A stretch of 63,466 nucleotides of DNA, counting the filler, from Reticulomyxa filosa (taxonomy: Eukaryota; Protista; Foraminifera): assembly GCA_000512085.1 (NCBI GenBank). It is 25 parts of 25 records of this genome, joined end to end, with 100 filler letters (N's around TTAATTAATTAA, not from the genome) between each part and the next. Parts side by side here need not be neighbours in the genome. Positions count along the whole stretch, not along the records: positions 11,441 to 16,966 come from ASPP01020820.1; positions 17,067 to 19,643 come from ASPP01033399.1; positions 19,744 to 22,120 come from ASPP01027406.1; positions 22,221 to 26,505 come from ASPP01003252.1; 21 more parts are not named here. One strand, written 5' to 3'. Each line of letters begins with the position of its first letter. Position 1 is the stretch's first letter. This document shows positions 13,521-25,996 of the stretch, piece by piece. The notes beneath the pieces are model-generated. The model searched no databases. It was not told the origin of the DNA and saw only the letters and a list, made by a program, of their open reading frames with translations. The position numbers and the translations under genes were made by a program.

Positions 13521-13787
13521 GTGTATAGACGCAACCGATAATACACAATAAATGACATAATCACATCAGAAATGAAATCACAACAACATACAAGATATAA
13601 GCAAGTATACAATCGAATTAAATATAGTGTTAAAACCAAAATATAAACTCATATCATATCGCCGAATTCTAAGTGAAATGTCATTGCGTTATAAACAATT
13701 ACAAGCTAATACACAAAATAGAATTTCACAATATTATTCTGTGGAAGAAAGTTGTTCGAATGTTTAGTAATTGATTTGTACTTTATA

Positions 13788-14630
13788 CAGTTGCGACAAA
13801 AAAAAATTAGTCAAATCAAAAATATGAACTTTTTGTGTTTCTAACGAAAATTTTAGTATCAAATTGTAATTATTTTTCTGATTTACTGTATATACGTTTA
13901 CACTTTTATCAGCAGTTTATAAAAACAATAAACAAAAATTTAGAAAAGTTGTTTGAAGAAAAAATTTTCAAAAATGCTTGTAAGGTGGTAGTTTTCCTGT
14001 TGGACTTGCTTTAGTTGTTGTCACAATTTTCCATATAAACTTTTCTTTTTCAACATTAAAACAAGTTTTTTGTTTTTATTGTTATTCTTTGGATTCTAGT
14101 CATGACTCACAATCTTTCTTTAATACAATAATGAATTTTATTTGAAAAAATACTTATGTTAGTCTGTCTATCAATTTAGGACAAAGCAAAAAAAATTTAC
14201 ATCAGCATCATCAACAGTAGAATGATTACACGCAAAAGATGCTCTGGATGTCATAAAACTTGAACTATATAAATACACTTAATTTATTCTTAAGAGACAC
14301 AAACAGCAGTAGATTTGCAGCGACTACTATCACGACCATATAAAAGAGTTTTCTCCGTTAGCACTTTGAAGAACATTTTAAAATCCCATTGTTTAAATTG
14401 TTGTATATGTATCAAAAAGTATCTGTTATCTAATTGCAATAAAAAGTTACATTTATAGTTCTCCAAAAACACAAAGCATGGACCAAAAGTTATTGTATAA
14501 AAGCGATTTTTTCCGGTGAAACGAAAATAAATCTTTTCAGAATTGACATAAAAGAAACATTTGGCGAAGACCTAATGAAATGATTTCTTATCGTACTACT
14601 AAGCTTACTTTGAAAGGTAGTGGATGACGC
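13788..14630 (+). mobile_element. Tc1/mariner element relic: candidate left TIR plus decayed transposase
   Basis: TA|CAGTTGCGACAAAAA at 13786-13802. From about 14102: RKRCSGCHKT, TAVDLQRLL..SVSTLKNILKSHCL..KKYLLSNCNKKLHL*F..HKAWT..IFSGETKINLF..IWRRPNE..TLKGSG*, matching Tc1 GRP, HTH2, KKPLLS, W..VxFSDE, WRR and TVKHGGG motifs. Confidence 0.8.
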
Positions 14631-15250
14631 ATATGACGCCAACAAACTCGAAAAAGAAAAAATAATAATTTTGCTAATTTCAGTAATTACAATTATAATC
14701 AAATTTTGAAAATTTTTCGTACTGTCAATTAGAGCTTTCGACATTGTTTCGTTCATCAAATTAGATTTCAAATTTGTGTCTTTGTCTTTAAGATACCAGG
14801 AGAAGACATTTACAAATTGGAAAGTTTTTTTTTTGTATTTTTCCGTCCCTGCAAAGTGAGATGGACCAACTGTTCAATTTCACAACAATATCTTTCATCA
14901 ATTCGAGATATCATTTTAAGTAGGTAGATAAAACACTTGTACTTAGCTTATGAACCCGTTTACGTTTGCAAAGAGTTTCTACCATAGTACTTTAATTCCA
15001 GGTCACAAAAGAATTTAAGAAGATTTGTGAGAAATGTTTTGGGTTGTGTGTAAGAGATTTTTTGTTTGAAAGATTAAATGATTTGGATATGATAAAAAAT
15101 CTGAATCCAGTTTGAGAAATTGAATACAGTGTTAAGGTGTAATGAAATGCTATGTTTTGAAATATTGGAAAGAATTATATGAAAAATGAAAATAATAGAA
15201 GCAATGAGCAGTAGGAGAAAAAAAAAAAGGTAAACAACACGTGCAAAATT

Positions 15251-16907
15251 CACACCTTTAAAGCTTCCGCCGCAAAGAAAGACACATCAGCATCTTCGTC
15301 TTGTTTCTGTATTGAAAAGCAAAGAAAAGACAAGTCAAGTGTACAAACACATTAGATCAAAGATGGAGGAAAAAAAGGGGTGTGAAAAGCTCAAGCATAA
15401 AACTGCAAGCTTATCCAAAAGCTTTTGAATTGTGCGACGATGGTGGTATCAAGACGAGGTAAGACATCAACAAGCACTCTGCAAGCAATGAAGCGTACAT
15501 TAGAGATGGGATCATTTAAAGCATTATTGAGCATGTCAGCAAACTCGACTTTGAGTTGAGCAGCAGTGAGATCCTTGCAAAGCAGTTGAACGATTTTGAG
15601 AGGGACCATGCGATGCAAATAGTTGCCGCTCTCTTTGTACAAGGTCTTGATGGGGGTGAACAAGTACTCGGAGGTCCAGTCGTAGCCAAAGGATTGGTTT
15701 AAGAGTTGCACCTGTTTGGAAGCAGTTTCTCGAACGGTGTAAGCGGGATCTCGCAAGGACTGGACAAGAACGTCTTTCAATCTGGATTTGGCAAACTTGT
15801 CTTTGCCCATTTGAACAGCGATCTGCGCAATGTTGACAACAATGGAGTTGCGAACACGCCAGCGTTGGTCGATGGTGACCTCCTTGAGCAAAGGTAGAAC
15901 ATCGGATTCGAATAGTTCAATTCCTAGAGTTTTGCAAATGACCCCTAATTTAGTGCAAAGGTTGAGTCTCGTGACAGGACTTTCGTCAGAGGCGAGTTTT
16001 TTGAGGACGGATAGCAACTTGTCCTTAGCGCCCTCTCTACCCAAATAGTCTCCTAGACATGTCACTTGTTCGGCCAACGTCTCGCGAACCTCGGCGACTG
16101 AGTCGGACACGAGGCCCTGAATGGCACCACTGACCAATTTTTGCGCGAGCGTTTGTCCATCACTGTATTTCATCAGCGCTTCCAACACGCCGATGGCCGC
16201 CTTGCGCACCTGCGGTTCATTGTCACCTAGCAGCTTCACATACAGTGGGCCGATCTCCTCTGTCACTCTTTGCGGCTTCAGATGCGCGCTAATGTCGGCC
16301 AGGTTCTCCGCCGCATGCTTACGCACTCGCCACGAATCGTCTTCGATGGCCACTTTTACATATGTAGGCACAATATCCTGGGTCTTTTCGTCCTCCAATT
16401 TCTCCGCCAATTTCTTGGTCACGTCCACCACACTTTGTCGCATTGTCTCCATCAACTCGGCTTGCAACACTTCCAACAATGGCCGTGTGAATGACACAAT
16501 CAACGTTGGCGACTTCATTTCGTCAATCAGTCCCACCAGGTTCTTATATGCGTCCGACTTCACCATTGGCATTTCGTCGGCGCAAAAGCGCTTGTGGTAA
16601 TCCAACAGATTCTTTCGGTCCTCTTCCAATGCCAACGCCTTGTACAATCCCGCCGTCAGTCCCGTCGCACTGCATCGACTCGTAAACCAGGTCGCCTCTG
16701 CCAATCTCACGAATATTGGATAGCCGTAGGTCTTCACGTGCTCTGGCTTTAGCTTTCCGAGCAGTTTTGCAAACGAGGACACTGCCGCTTGACGGATCAC
16801 TGTCTCTTCCACCATCGCCAGCTTCTCCAACAGTGGCAACACATTCTTTGCCGTTGCTTCACTGCCTCCTGTGTACTCGACTATCTCAACACGTCCCAAT
16901 TCTTCCG
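15251..16907 (-). CDS. PPP2R1A: Protein phosphatase 2A scaffold subunit A (PR65, HEAT repeats), 5' truncated
   Basis: VEETVIRQAAV, WFTSRCSA, DEMPMV, DDSWRVR, DQRWRVR, NYLHRM, DPISNVRF motifs. The last exon 15307-15251 encodes KQDEDADVSFFAAEALKV*. One missing A near 15423-15426 is needed for FKKLLDKL. Confidence 0.95.
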
Positions 16908-16923
16908 CTTTTGGTTTATTTCG

Positions 16924-16954
<31 letters not shown>

Positions 16955-17066
16955 TTTTTTTTTTTTNNNNNNNNNNNNNNNNNNNNNNNNNNNNNNNNNN
17001 NNNNNNNNNNTTAATTAATTAANNNNNNNNNNNNNNNNNNNNNNNNNNNNNNNNNNNNNNNNNNNN

Positions 17067-17892
17067 ATATTTCCATCATCTTATTTGTTTCTCCACATTT
17101 TGCATATACACTCGACATCGAATTGATCAAAATTATGTTAATATCAATATCAAAATCATGTATCATTTTATTCCAAATCAATTCAGCACTTTGAATATCA
17201 TGTGCATTTGCACAAACTGATAACAATGAATTACAAGTAATCAAATCTGGTTTGATGTTATATTTGTCAATCATCAAATGGAGATAATGTAATGCATGTT
17301 TAAAATCTCCCCTCTTTGCACATCCCTTGATCATTGTATTGAATGTGATGATATTAGGAAGCAACAGTTGATAATCAGATTGATCTTGTTGTTTCTCAAA
17401 CCATTGTTGAAAATAATATTTTTGTAAATCAAATTTATCCCACATTCCCAAATGATGCAAAATTGTGGTATAAAATATGATATCTGGATGAATATGTTTA
17501 CTTTGCACAATTTCAATAATTCGAATGATTGAATTAGGACGCTTTAGTTCTGAACATCTTTTAACAGCTGCAGAATAAATAGTAATGTCTTGAGATGGAC
17601 TTTCTTTGAGATATTGGAGAATATGTCTATCAGATTCCATTTTTTGAAGTAATAATCGTTCATGTTGTGATTCAGGGGAAGGTATTGTTTTTGACAATGC
17701 ACCCTGTTGTCCCTTTAGTTTTTTCTTGTATTGAGTCCTTTGGTGCTGTTCATCCAATGCTACTTGATACATGTCGGGTTGACGAAATCGTCTAATGAGA
17801 ACGCAAGGCGTAATGTTCCAGATTGGCCTCTTGTTCAGTGCTCCTTGTTTAAGGCCAGTTCTTCTAAGAGTTGTAATCATCATTGCTGTCAT
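17067..17892 (-). CDS. Pentatricopeptide repeat (PPR) protein, probably mitochondrial, 3' truncated
   Basis: 35-aa repeats (PDIIFYTTILH, PNIITFNTMIKGCAKRGD, KPDLITCNSLLSVCA) and an Arg-rich, acid-free N-terminus like a transit peptide. Confidence 0.9.
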
Positions 17893-18411
17893 TTAGTTTT
17901 TATAAATGTTTATACTTGAACTTGCGAACCTTTTTTTAAGAAAGACAATGATGAGTTTCAAATTTGAATGCTTCAGTTGGGACTTATTGAATGTTAGTTA
18001 AAATTATTCGTAAAATACTTTTTTGATGTTGATTTGTAAAAATAAGTGAGCTTTTGAAGAAATTGATTATGTTTTTTGGAACAAACTGCATTATTTTAAG
18101 CGATCAACATCTTTGCCCAAAAACAATGTTTTAAAAAGTATAACAAGAATTTTTTAATCCTAATGGCTGACATAATGGCAATTGGCTTTGTAACAAATAC
18201 GACAAGTTTAAAAAAAAAAAGTGAAAAGATTCACCTTCAAAATTTATTTTGAAAATTGCTCCGAATTGATAGCAATGTCTCTCCTTCTATGTTCTTCTGC
18301 ATTTATTACTTTATTTGATTCTCATAAAAAAGAATATGGTTGCAATAAAAACTAACAACACAAGAATCTCCTGAAAGAGAAACTGAACAAAGTCGACATC
18401 TTATTACCCTC

Positions 18412-19414
18412 TTTAAAAGTTTCAAGGTTTTGCCCAATCCACTTTCAGACTCTCAATGTATGCTACACAAACACGAACGCTTTACTTGTGGAGGTGTATA
18501 TAAAAGAGCTTGTTATTCTTATCATACAATCAAAAACGAATACAAGTTTATCTGTGAGTATCCAGGTGATGTTACATTATGGGGATACTGTGTAGTGAAA
18601 CTGGTAGATACAACAAAGACACCAAACAAATCATTTTGTTGTCTTTTGGATCTTCTTGGGATGGAGAAAATAAATATATATTGGTGATGAAATATGTAAG
18701 TGTTTGAAGAAATATATCAGATAAATTAAATAAATCAAATGAATATTTATTACTTATTATTATTAGTGTGTTTAATTTAAATATATTTCAATTTATTAAA
18801 CATCATATTTTACCAACTGATAATCACTTATTGTTTTAAACAAATAAACAAAATTACCAAATGCTGTTGTTTAAAGAGAAGACAGGAAAATAACAATACT
18901 TTTCAATTTCATCAACTACCATTTTATTCATATGTATATGTGCATATCAACGACGTCCCCTTGTTCTTTGGTAGACGAGATAATAAATTTGTTGATGTTG
19001 TTTCAAAATCAGTGCACAAGTATTCAATCAGAGAAAACAAGTGGATGGCATTTCAAAATGCTTTACTCAGTTGATTAAGCTATTCTATTGTAATATTGAG
19101 TGAAGAGGACAATCATGTACACATTATTGGAGGAAGACATGATGAAGAAGCAACATGAAGACTAGAGTGTGTGTATGTGATCCCTCAATGTTGGTAATGA
19201 TTTGGAGATTACGAACTCGTAATTTGTGGTGGTTTTGAAAATCGACAATGTTATTCATATCACATAGCCAAAGATCAGTATAAGCCAATCTGTGATTATC
19301 CAATGAGTATTAAATTGCACGGACATTGCGTGGAAAAACTCGTGAGCAATAAGAGCACAGATACAATTACTTTATTGTCTTTTGGTGGATCGCTAAATGA
19401 AAAAAACATATGTT
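18412..19414 (+). pseudogene. Kelch-like family pseudogene plus a second partial copy
   Basis: LPNPLSDSQCMLHKHE..CYSYHTIKNEYKFICEYP..; SKSVHKYSIRENKW..HIIGG; a second ELVICGG..CYSYHIAKDQYKPICDYP..ITLLSFGG at about 19210-19414. Stops and frameshifts present. Confidence 0.75.
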
Positions 19415-19474
19415 GGTAACACAATTGTCTCAGCTTCTGAAGATGGAACAATTCGATTGTGGAGACCATTATGA
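19415..19474 (+). pseudogene. Isolated WD40 C-terminal fragment
   Basis: GNTIVSASEDGTIRLWRPL* fused directly to the kelch fragment. Confidence 0.65.
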
Positions 19475-19743
19475 AAGCGTTAAAAAAAAGAAATTATTAT
19501 AATTTATATTCGCAAACAAATAACCATTTTTGATTTTTTTTTTTTAACTTGCTTTTAGCATTAAAATTAGTAGTTCTCATTGGCACCAAATGAAAAGTGT
19601 CCTGCTTTTAAACCAATTACAAAATATTCCTATTTTTAAACTGNNNNNNNNNNNNNNNNNNNNNNNNNNNNNNNNNNNNNNNNNNNNTTAATTAATTAAN
19701 NNNNNNNNNNNNNNNNNNNNNNNNNNNNNNNNNNNNNNNNNNN

Positions 19744-21958
19744 GTATTAATGCGACACACGGTGGACGTGGCCGCGAATATCACAATGGACCAAATGCAA
19801 TGGACGAATAACGTCGCCTCGAAATTGGACGCCAGTAGCGACATTGGAATATTCCAACACCATCAAACCCATTTGGGTGTATCTTTAACCAATGTCATAG
19901 GTGGAGCAGTGAAAAAAACATCGTTTCCGAAGCGCGTGACATTTGATGTATTTGCCGACAGTACAAAAGCGCCAATTCAAAGCGTATGTCCCAATTGCAC
20001 AATGTACGGAGAAATGAAAGCATACGACGTGTTCGACGAAGAATACGTACCAATAAAGCAGTACTGTGATGCCACTGACGTGTGTTCGAATGTGCAATTT
20101 GAATTGAAATGTATGACCTCCTATTCTTCTGCTTCGTGTCCTGTGGAAGCCCAAAAAACAACGGGCTTGTTTGCCTATGGAAGTGGTAACATATCATTTG
20201 TCTCACGGCCAGGCAAACTGGGAGCAGTTGTAACATTTCAATGATGTGTCGACATGATCAGTCGGGATCCACGTGTCCAATATCAATGTATCCCAATTCC
20301 GCCAGTGTGTCCACCAAGCAATCCATTGCATTCGCTGATTGTCCTCACGATTTGAGACGTAAGATCTATGAGACAACGAACAACTCGTGGTTCTCGTGTT
20401 CTGAACCCATCTTCCCCAATTTCGACTTGGTTCGAGGCATGGAACGAAGACCTGCCATCATCGCCACTCTGGGCGTCGTCGTCTTTTGTTGCTACTCGTC
20501 TTCTTTTTGGGATGGATGCACGAAATGAATGCTTTGGTGTGTTTTGGATATTGTCGACAGAATCGCGTTCAACAAACTTCTGTTAATCAATTTTTATTTA
20601 TTTTTGTACGTTTGTTGTATATATGCAATAATAATAATAATAATAATAAATAGCCTCAAGCATTGCTACGTTACGTGTTGAAATTATTGGATGTCTTTTC
20701 AGGTATCGACCAAATAAATAAATAATAAATATATATATATATATATTTATTATTTATTTATTTGCTTTTTTCATTAAAAAAAATAGATCTAAACTTATGT
20801 CAAGCCTTTTGGTCCGCATTCGCATATCTTCTAGCAAACGACAGCCGACACGCGGCAATGCACATATGGCTCCCTCTAGCCGTGCTGTCGACTCTGTTTC
20901 TGTTTGTGCCGTGGTTGATGAACGTGCTTCTGGCGTTTATAATAAACCGCAACGTGCTGAAGTGGCTGCCCTCGAATCGGTACACACAGGGCAGCTACGT
21001 GTCGAAGCGCTTTGTGATCGCGATGCTCGTGGTGTTCAGCGGGGATTTGTATACGACGTTGGATTTAATGAACTGTCGATTGTTTGGACTGTCGTACTTC
21101 CATTTGGGATTGACGACGTACGAATTGAGACAGTTTGTAAAGTTTAAGTTATTCACAACGTGTTTAATTCAAAACCTGCCCCAAATAATCTTGCAATTGA
21201 CAGCGTTGGGCTATACGCAAAAGAACTCGGCCACGGATATCAGCGGCAGTGTGTATTTGGCCTTTTGTCTGAGTGTGCTGTCCACTATTGCCAGTGTGTT
21301 GGGCTATTGGTTCACAAAAAGTCAGGTGTTTCAATCCGATCCTTTCGAGTTGGTCATTAAGCTCCATTTTAGCAATCGTGTTACTCCAAGTGCGAAGGAG
21401 ATTGTCGAAAAGAAAATTCGCCAAAATCGCGGACGATATCAGGCGGTCATTCAACCCATTTTGCACCATTGCAAGGATTTGACGAGCAATCAAATCACTG
21501 TTGGCAGCATCGACGTCACTGGAAACACGATCAATATTTATGGCAATGTGATGCGAAGAGTCGACGACGAGAAAAGCAATCAAGCGGATAAAACCTTCGA
21601 AGGAGTCAACGACAAAATTTGTCGCTCTGTCTTGTTAGAAGGCTTCAAACTCGAAAAGGAGTTGAAAGGCTATATGCACTCCAATAATCCCAAGGTCTCC
21701 TTGAAAGGCTCGTATTTCAAAATTGGCAATCAACCTACTGAAACCAACAATCCCATCGAAATCGCTCTCGAGGCCGTGCGCTCCGGCTCTTTCGATCACG
21801 AGGCTGGCTCCGAACGAGGATTCACGCCCTCTCTTAAGTCGGATAGTCAAGTTGAACCTTGGAGTGCTAATGATCCTCTTCCAATCGCTAAAGGTGTCTC
21901 TCCTGAGCCTGTGCATGAAACAAATGGAGATGGAGGAGGAAAAGGTGAAAACGTGTAG
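19744..21958 (+). CDS. Multi-pass membrane protein with Cys-rich ectodomain and XK-like (D..SD / NLPQ..LQ) TM region, 5' truncated
   Basis: Exons end 20581, 20654-20702, 20787-21958. LDVFSDLNL and LIQNLPQIILQ motifs. Two single-T homopolymer frameshifts (20236-8, 20484-7) restore a continuous frame. Confidence 0.65.
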
Positions 21959-22220
21959 AAATATCAAAAGTAGAGGCATTAAGAATAGGGATGGGTATAG
22001 CATTTTTGTGAGCATCTTCTTTTTTTTTTTTTTTTTTTGCGTGTATTTTTTCCCTCGTGATTTTCCCGCTGTTTGTTTTTTTCTTTTTGGTCAGATGTTT
22101 GTACGTGTTAAAAAAAAAAANNNNNNNNNNNNNNNNNNNNNNNNNNNNNNNNNNNNNNNNNNNNTTAATTAATTAANNNNNNNNNNNNNNNNNNNNNNNN
22201 NNNNNNNNNNNNNNNNNNNN

Positions 22221-22265
22221 ATAAGTATCGTTTTAGGCGTTCAGTTTTCTTTGCAACATACTGTA
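22221..22265 (+). mobile_element. Terminus of high-copy TA-flanked repeat, subfamily A
   Basis: TATCGTTTTAGGCGTTCAGTTTTCTTTGCAACATACTG-TA, shared with the copies at 30222, 41192 and 56837 (reverse complement). Confidence 0.8.
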
Positions 22266-22614
22266 ATATCTAGATTTATCCACACTGCGTCAAATAGTGC
22301 AGTATTAGCATTAAGTGGCAAATATAATTAACATTTTTGCTTCGAGACTTACAGTCTCCATTTTTGTGTTAAAAAACAAAGATCACAAAACCGAAAATAT
22401 AAAAAAATTATATAAATGTATCAATAAAGTGGATATAATTTCTGTTTATTTTTATTGCAATCAATGTTATAATGTAAATTATTTTTTTCTTTCAGGCTTG
22501 GTTCACTAGTTTTTCTCCAATATTCCGTTGCATTTAAGACGTCTTACATTTAGCAAGAATAAGCAGTCCTTCTTCGTTTCAAAACAAAGCTTAGACATTT
22601 GTAAATATCTGACG

Positions 22615-23450
22615 ATGACAATGAAGAATATGAAGCAAACGTCCGCAAAGAACGATCCAAACTTTGTGCCAAACCCAAAGAAATTAGATTATGTCCCAGA
22701 CCTGTCTATGTTATATACCCAGAAATGGGGCATGTGTTACACAATTTACACTTTTGATTTAAATGTATTCCATGAAAGAATTTTACACGATTGCATCGAC
22801 CATTTTGGTAAGTTTTTTTGTACATATAATCACAATGTCACAGAAATCAAAAAGAAGTGCTAAAATCAGGGAGCATGAAAAAAAAATTTCTTTTTTTTAA
22901 ACCAAAACAAAAAAAAAATGTTTGCTTTGTATGTGTCATGAAACCAAAATGATCACAATGTCACAATTAACACTTACGAAAGCCCGCAATTTTTTTTTTT
23001 GCAATGTCAATGCAATGTAAATATGGTTGTTATAATGTTATATTTGCAAAAAAAAAAATTGTTTTCTTTTTAAATAAGGATTAATCTGAGTAAATAAAGC
23101 TATTGCATTTGACCAGCTCAAAAGACTTTGATATACTAATGCATGCGGAATTGCTGGTGTGAACAACAAAGGACTATATGATGAGTTAGCAAGATCAATG
23201 AAATTGAGGCAAATTGACAGTAAAATGATGGAATTGTGGTCCATCACGCTAATGTGTCGAACATTGCAAACATTAAATTCAAGAATGAATTAGATGTGTT
23301 TGCAAGTATCAAAAACTTTGATGTTGTGAAAAAAGTTGCTGACTTGTCAAAAAATTGCAAAGATATGCTATTATTTTGTCAATATTCAGGGAAGCTGAAG
23401 ACAAGCACCCATCATTGAAAGATTTTAAAAAATTTAAAAGTAAACCATAG
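22615..23450 (+). pseudogene. Degenerate two-exon gene of unknown family
   Basis: ORF 22528-22863 then, after an intron, GLI*VNKAIAFDQLKRL*YTNACG...GIVVHHANVS with in-frame TGA codons and a frameshift. Confidence 0.35.
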
Positions 23451-23465
23451 TTTGAATCAAATAGG

Positions 23466-23963
23466 TTATGTTTTTGATTTGTCCTTCTTTGTTTTAGATG
23501 GAAGAGAAGGCCCAGCAGGCCTTTGAGTGATTTCTTTTGCTTTTTGGTATATCTTTTTAGCCTCAGTTTCATCCATCATCTTTTTTTTCAAGTTTTCTTC
23601 TTGCAATGATTTCATGTATTCATCACTGCTTATATGCCAGATTGGTTTATTATAATTACTAAAACCACCATTAGTTGCAGCTGTTGTGTCAATGTTACGA
23701 CTATAATTCACTTTTAACACTCTTCCAAACAACTCACTTCCATCCATGTTATCTATTGCCTGGGCACAGTCATCTTCATCTTCAAACTCAACAAATCCGA
23801 ACCCTCTGTGAGCATCCACACTGGCGTCAATTGGCAAGTGCACATGAACTACCTCACCGAATGGTAAAAATGCTGCATGCAAAATTTCACTCGTTACTTC
23901 TTCTGATAAGCCACCGACATAAATTGTCGTCTTTGATTGTTTGGCTAATGACGCTGAAGTCAT
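23466..23963 (-). CDS. RRM protein of PPIE/Cyp33 type lacking the cyclophilin domain
   Basis: IYVGGLSEEV..LHAAFLPFGE..HRGFGFVEFE..AIDNMDGSELFGRVLKVN plus KPIW. Intronless, with a stop after a basic tail. Confidence 0.88.
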   Translation of the reverse strand: MTSASLAKQSKTTIYVGGLSEEVTSEILHAAFLPFGEVVHVHLPIDASVDAHRGFGFVEFEDEDDCAQAIDNMDGSELFGRVLKVNYSRNIDTTAATNGGFSNYNKPIWHISSDEYMKSLQEENLKKKMMDETEAKKIYQKAKEITQRPAGPSLPSKTKKDKSKT

Positions 23964-25996
23964 GGAAGGGGAGAGAAAAATTGAACAGTTTTTTTTGCAG
24001 AAGAGGACAAAGAAAACTGATGTTTCAGTTTATCCTCTTCAGTACGTTTTTTTTAGCTCGAATAAAAAATGTTTTAGTTAAAGAGTTTGAAATGTATTTA
24101 GACTCATGACTAGGTGTGGTAATGTTATAAAACTATTTTCAAAAATTACATTGCCAAAACAACTTGTTTGCATCAAGACTAAAACTTCTGTTTTGATTCT
24201 TTGAAGTTTTTTTCGGATGTTGTGGAAGGAGCGTTAAAATCAAAAAATCAAATATATATTTATAATTTGCTCTAAAATGTTGTTTTTGGTATTAGGCTTA
24301 GCATTCCGCATAGCATATGTGAAATTTGTCTTTTATGTGAGCTGTTTGCTGTGTTTGTATTTCTATTATCATTTGGTTTAATGGTGTCATTAACTCCAAA
24401 AGGTGCCTTTTTTCAATGTCTTTATCTGGCTGGGACAATGTACTTTGGGTCAACGTTCAATTATTTGGTTAATTTTAGAAGAAACTAGTAGAAGGGGGGG
24501 ATAATGTGAATAAGAGAAAGATAGTAACGTAACAAGAGGAGAAAGTGAAAAATAAAAAACATTACAAATAGATTTTTGATGGATTCGTATTTACAACATT
24601 GCATTTCTTGTTCAGCATAATAGGAAGACTGATCTTTCGTGGAATATCTACAGATGAAAAAAAGGTTAAATTACTATCAAATCATTCAATACTTATATAA
24701 CGTATACATATGTATGTATATGTTATATGCTTGCAAATACAATAAGACAAAAATACCACTAAATAAGAATAGACAAAACATTTGACATGTCTAGGTCACA
24801 TTTATCATATATTTGCATTTCTTCTCCTTTTGATATTGGCACTTTGTATTTCACATTTTCGTTCATTTCATCTTAATATTTCACTGTTATATACAATATT
24901 CAATATGAAAACATGATTTGCAACCCGAATGTAACAACTAGTAGCAAATCTTTTTCAATAACTGCTATATAAATTGCATTAAAAAGTGTTAAAATAGTAC
25001 AATTTATTTACAAAACACAATAAATGATATAAATAAGTTAAACTAAATTTATATATTAATAAAATATTAAAAATACAACTAGTCTGTAAGATATAATATC
25101 TTACTAATATCTTTTTTTTTTTTAGTCTAACTGACGCTGGAATTTTATCTTCCCTTTTTGAAGAAAAATCTGCATGTTCGCAGTCTTGCTGCAATACGAA
25201 AATTTTCACATATTTGTAAATATTTATGCTAAAAGCTTATAAATTATATAATAATTTTATGTACGTTATGATATTTTTTCAAATAGTTTATTATTATCAA
25301 GTCTTTGTTGCAAACAGTATGAAATTCAATATGCACTTATACTTTAACTATTACAAAGTATCTTAAACCAAAATTAGAGCTACAATTTGATTAAAAAATT
25401 ATTTGACCTGATATTTATACAATAGTGACTTGGAAATGTAATTTTTTTTAATATTTGCTTGTTGCCAGTTGCGTACAGTTAGTCACTTTTCAATATAATT
25501 CTAAAAATTCTATATCAAAAAAATATAAATCATATATCAATGCAATATAGTCCAAGTGCATACTATCTTTTTTGTGGAGTTTTATAAAAAAATCTTTGAT
25601 TTGTATATATTATTTAAAACACTCCAAAAATTTTTTAGAAAAGTGAAACACTTTTTTTGTATAAAATTCGTAAAAGATACCAAAAGTTTAAAAATATTTT
25701 GCAATTACTGTAAATTGTGAAAGATATCATAATGTTTGATTTTGTATTCAAGACTAAATTTTTGTTTGCAAATTAACTTTTTATTTATTACAACTAAGGT
25801 TCATTATCCATATCAATAAAATTGATATTTAGTGTAGTTGATGGCAAAAGGGGAAGAAGAAGCGGTTTTTCCTTATCCGTTCAATTTCCCTGTTATAAAT
25901 TCTTTTTTTTGATGATATTATCAACAAGCAAGAAAAAGATATAAAAAAAACTTGCATGTTTAAGTATTTTATTGAATTTGTTCTATTTGATCTTGC

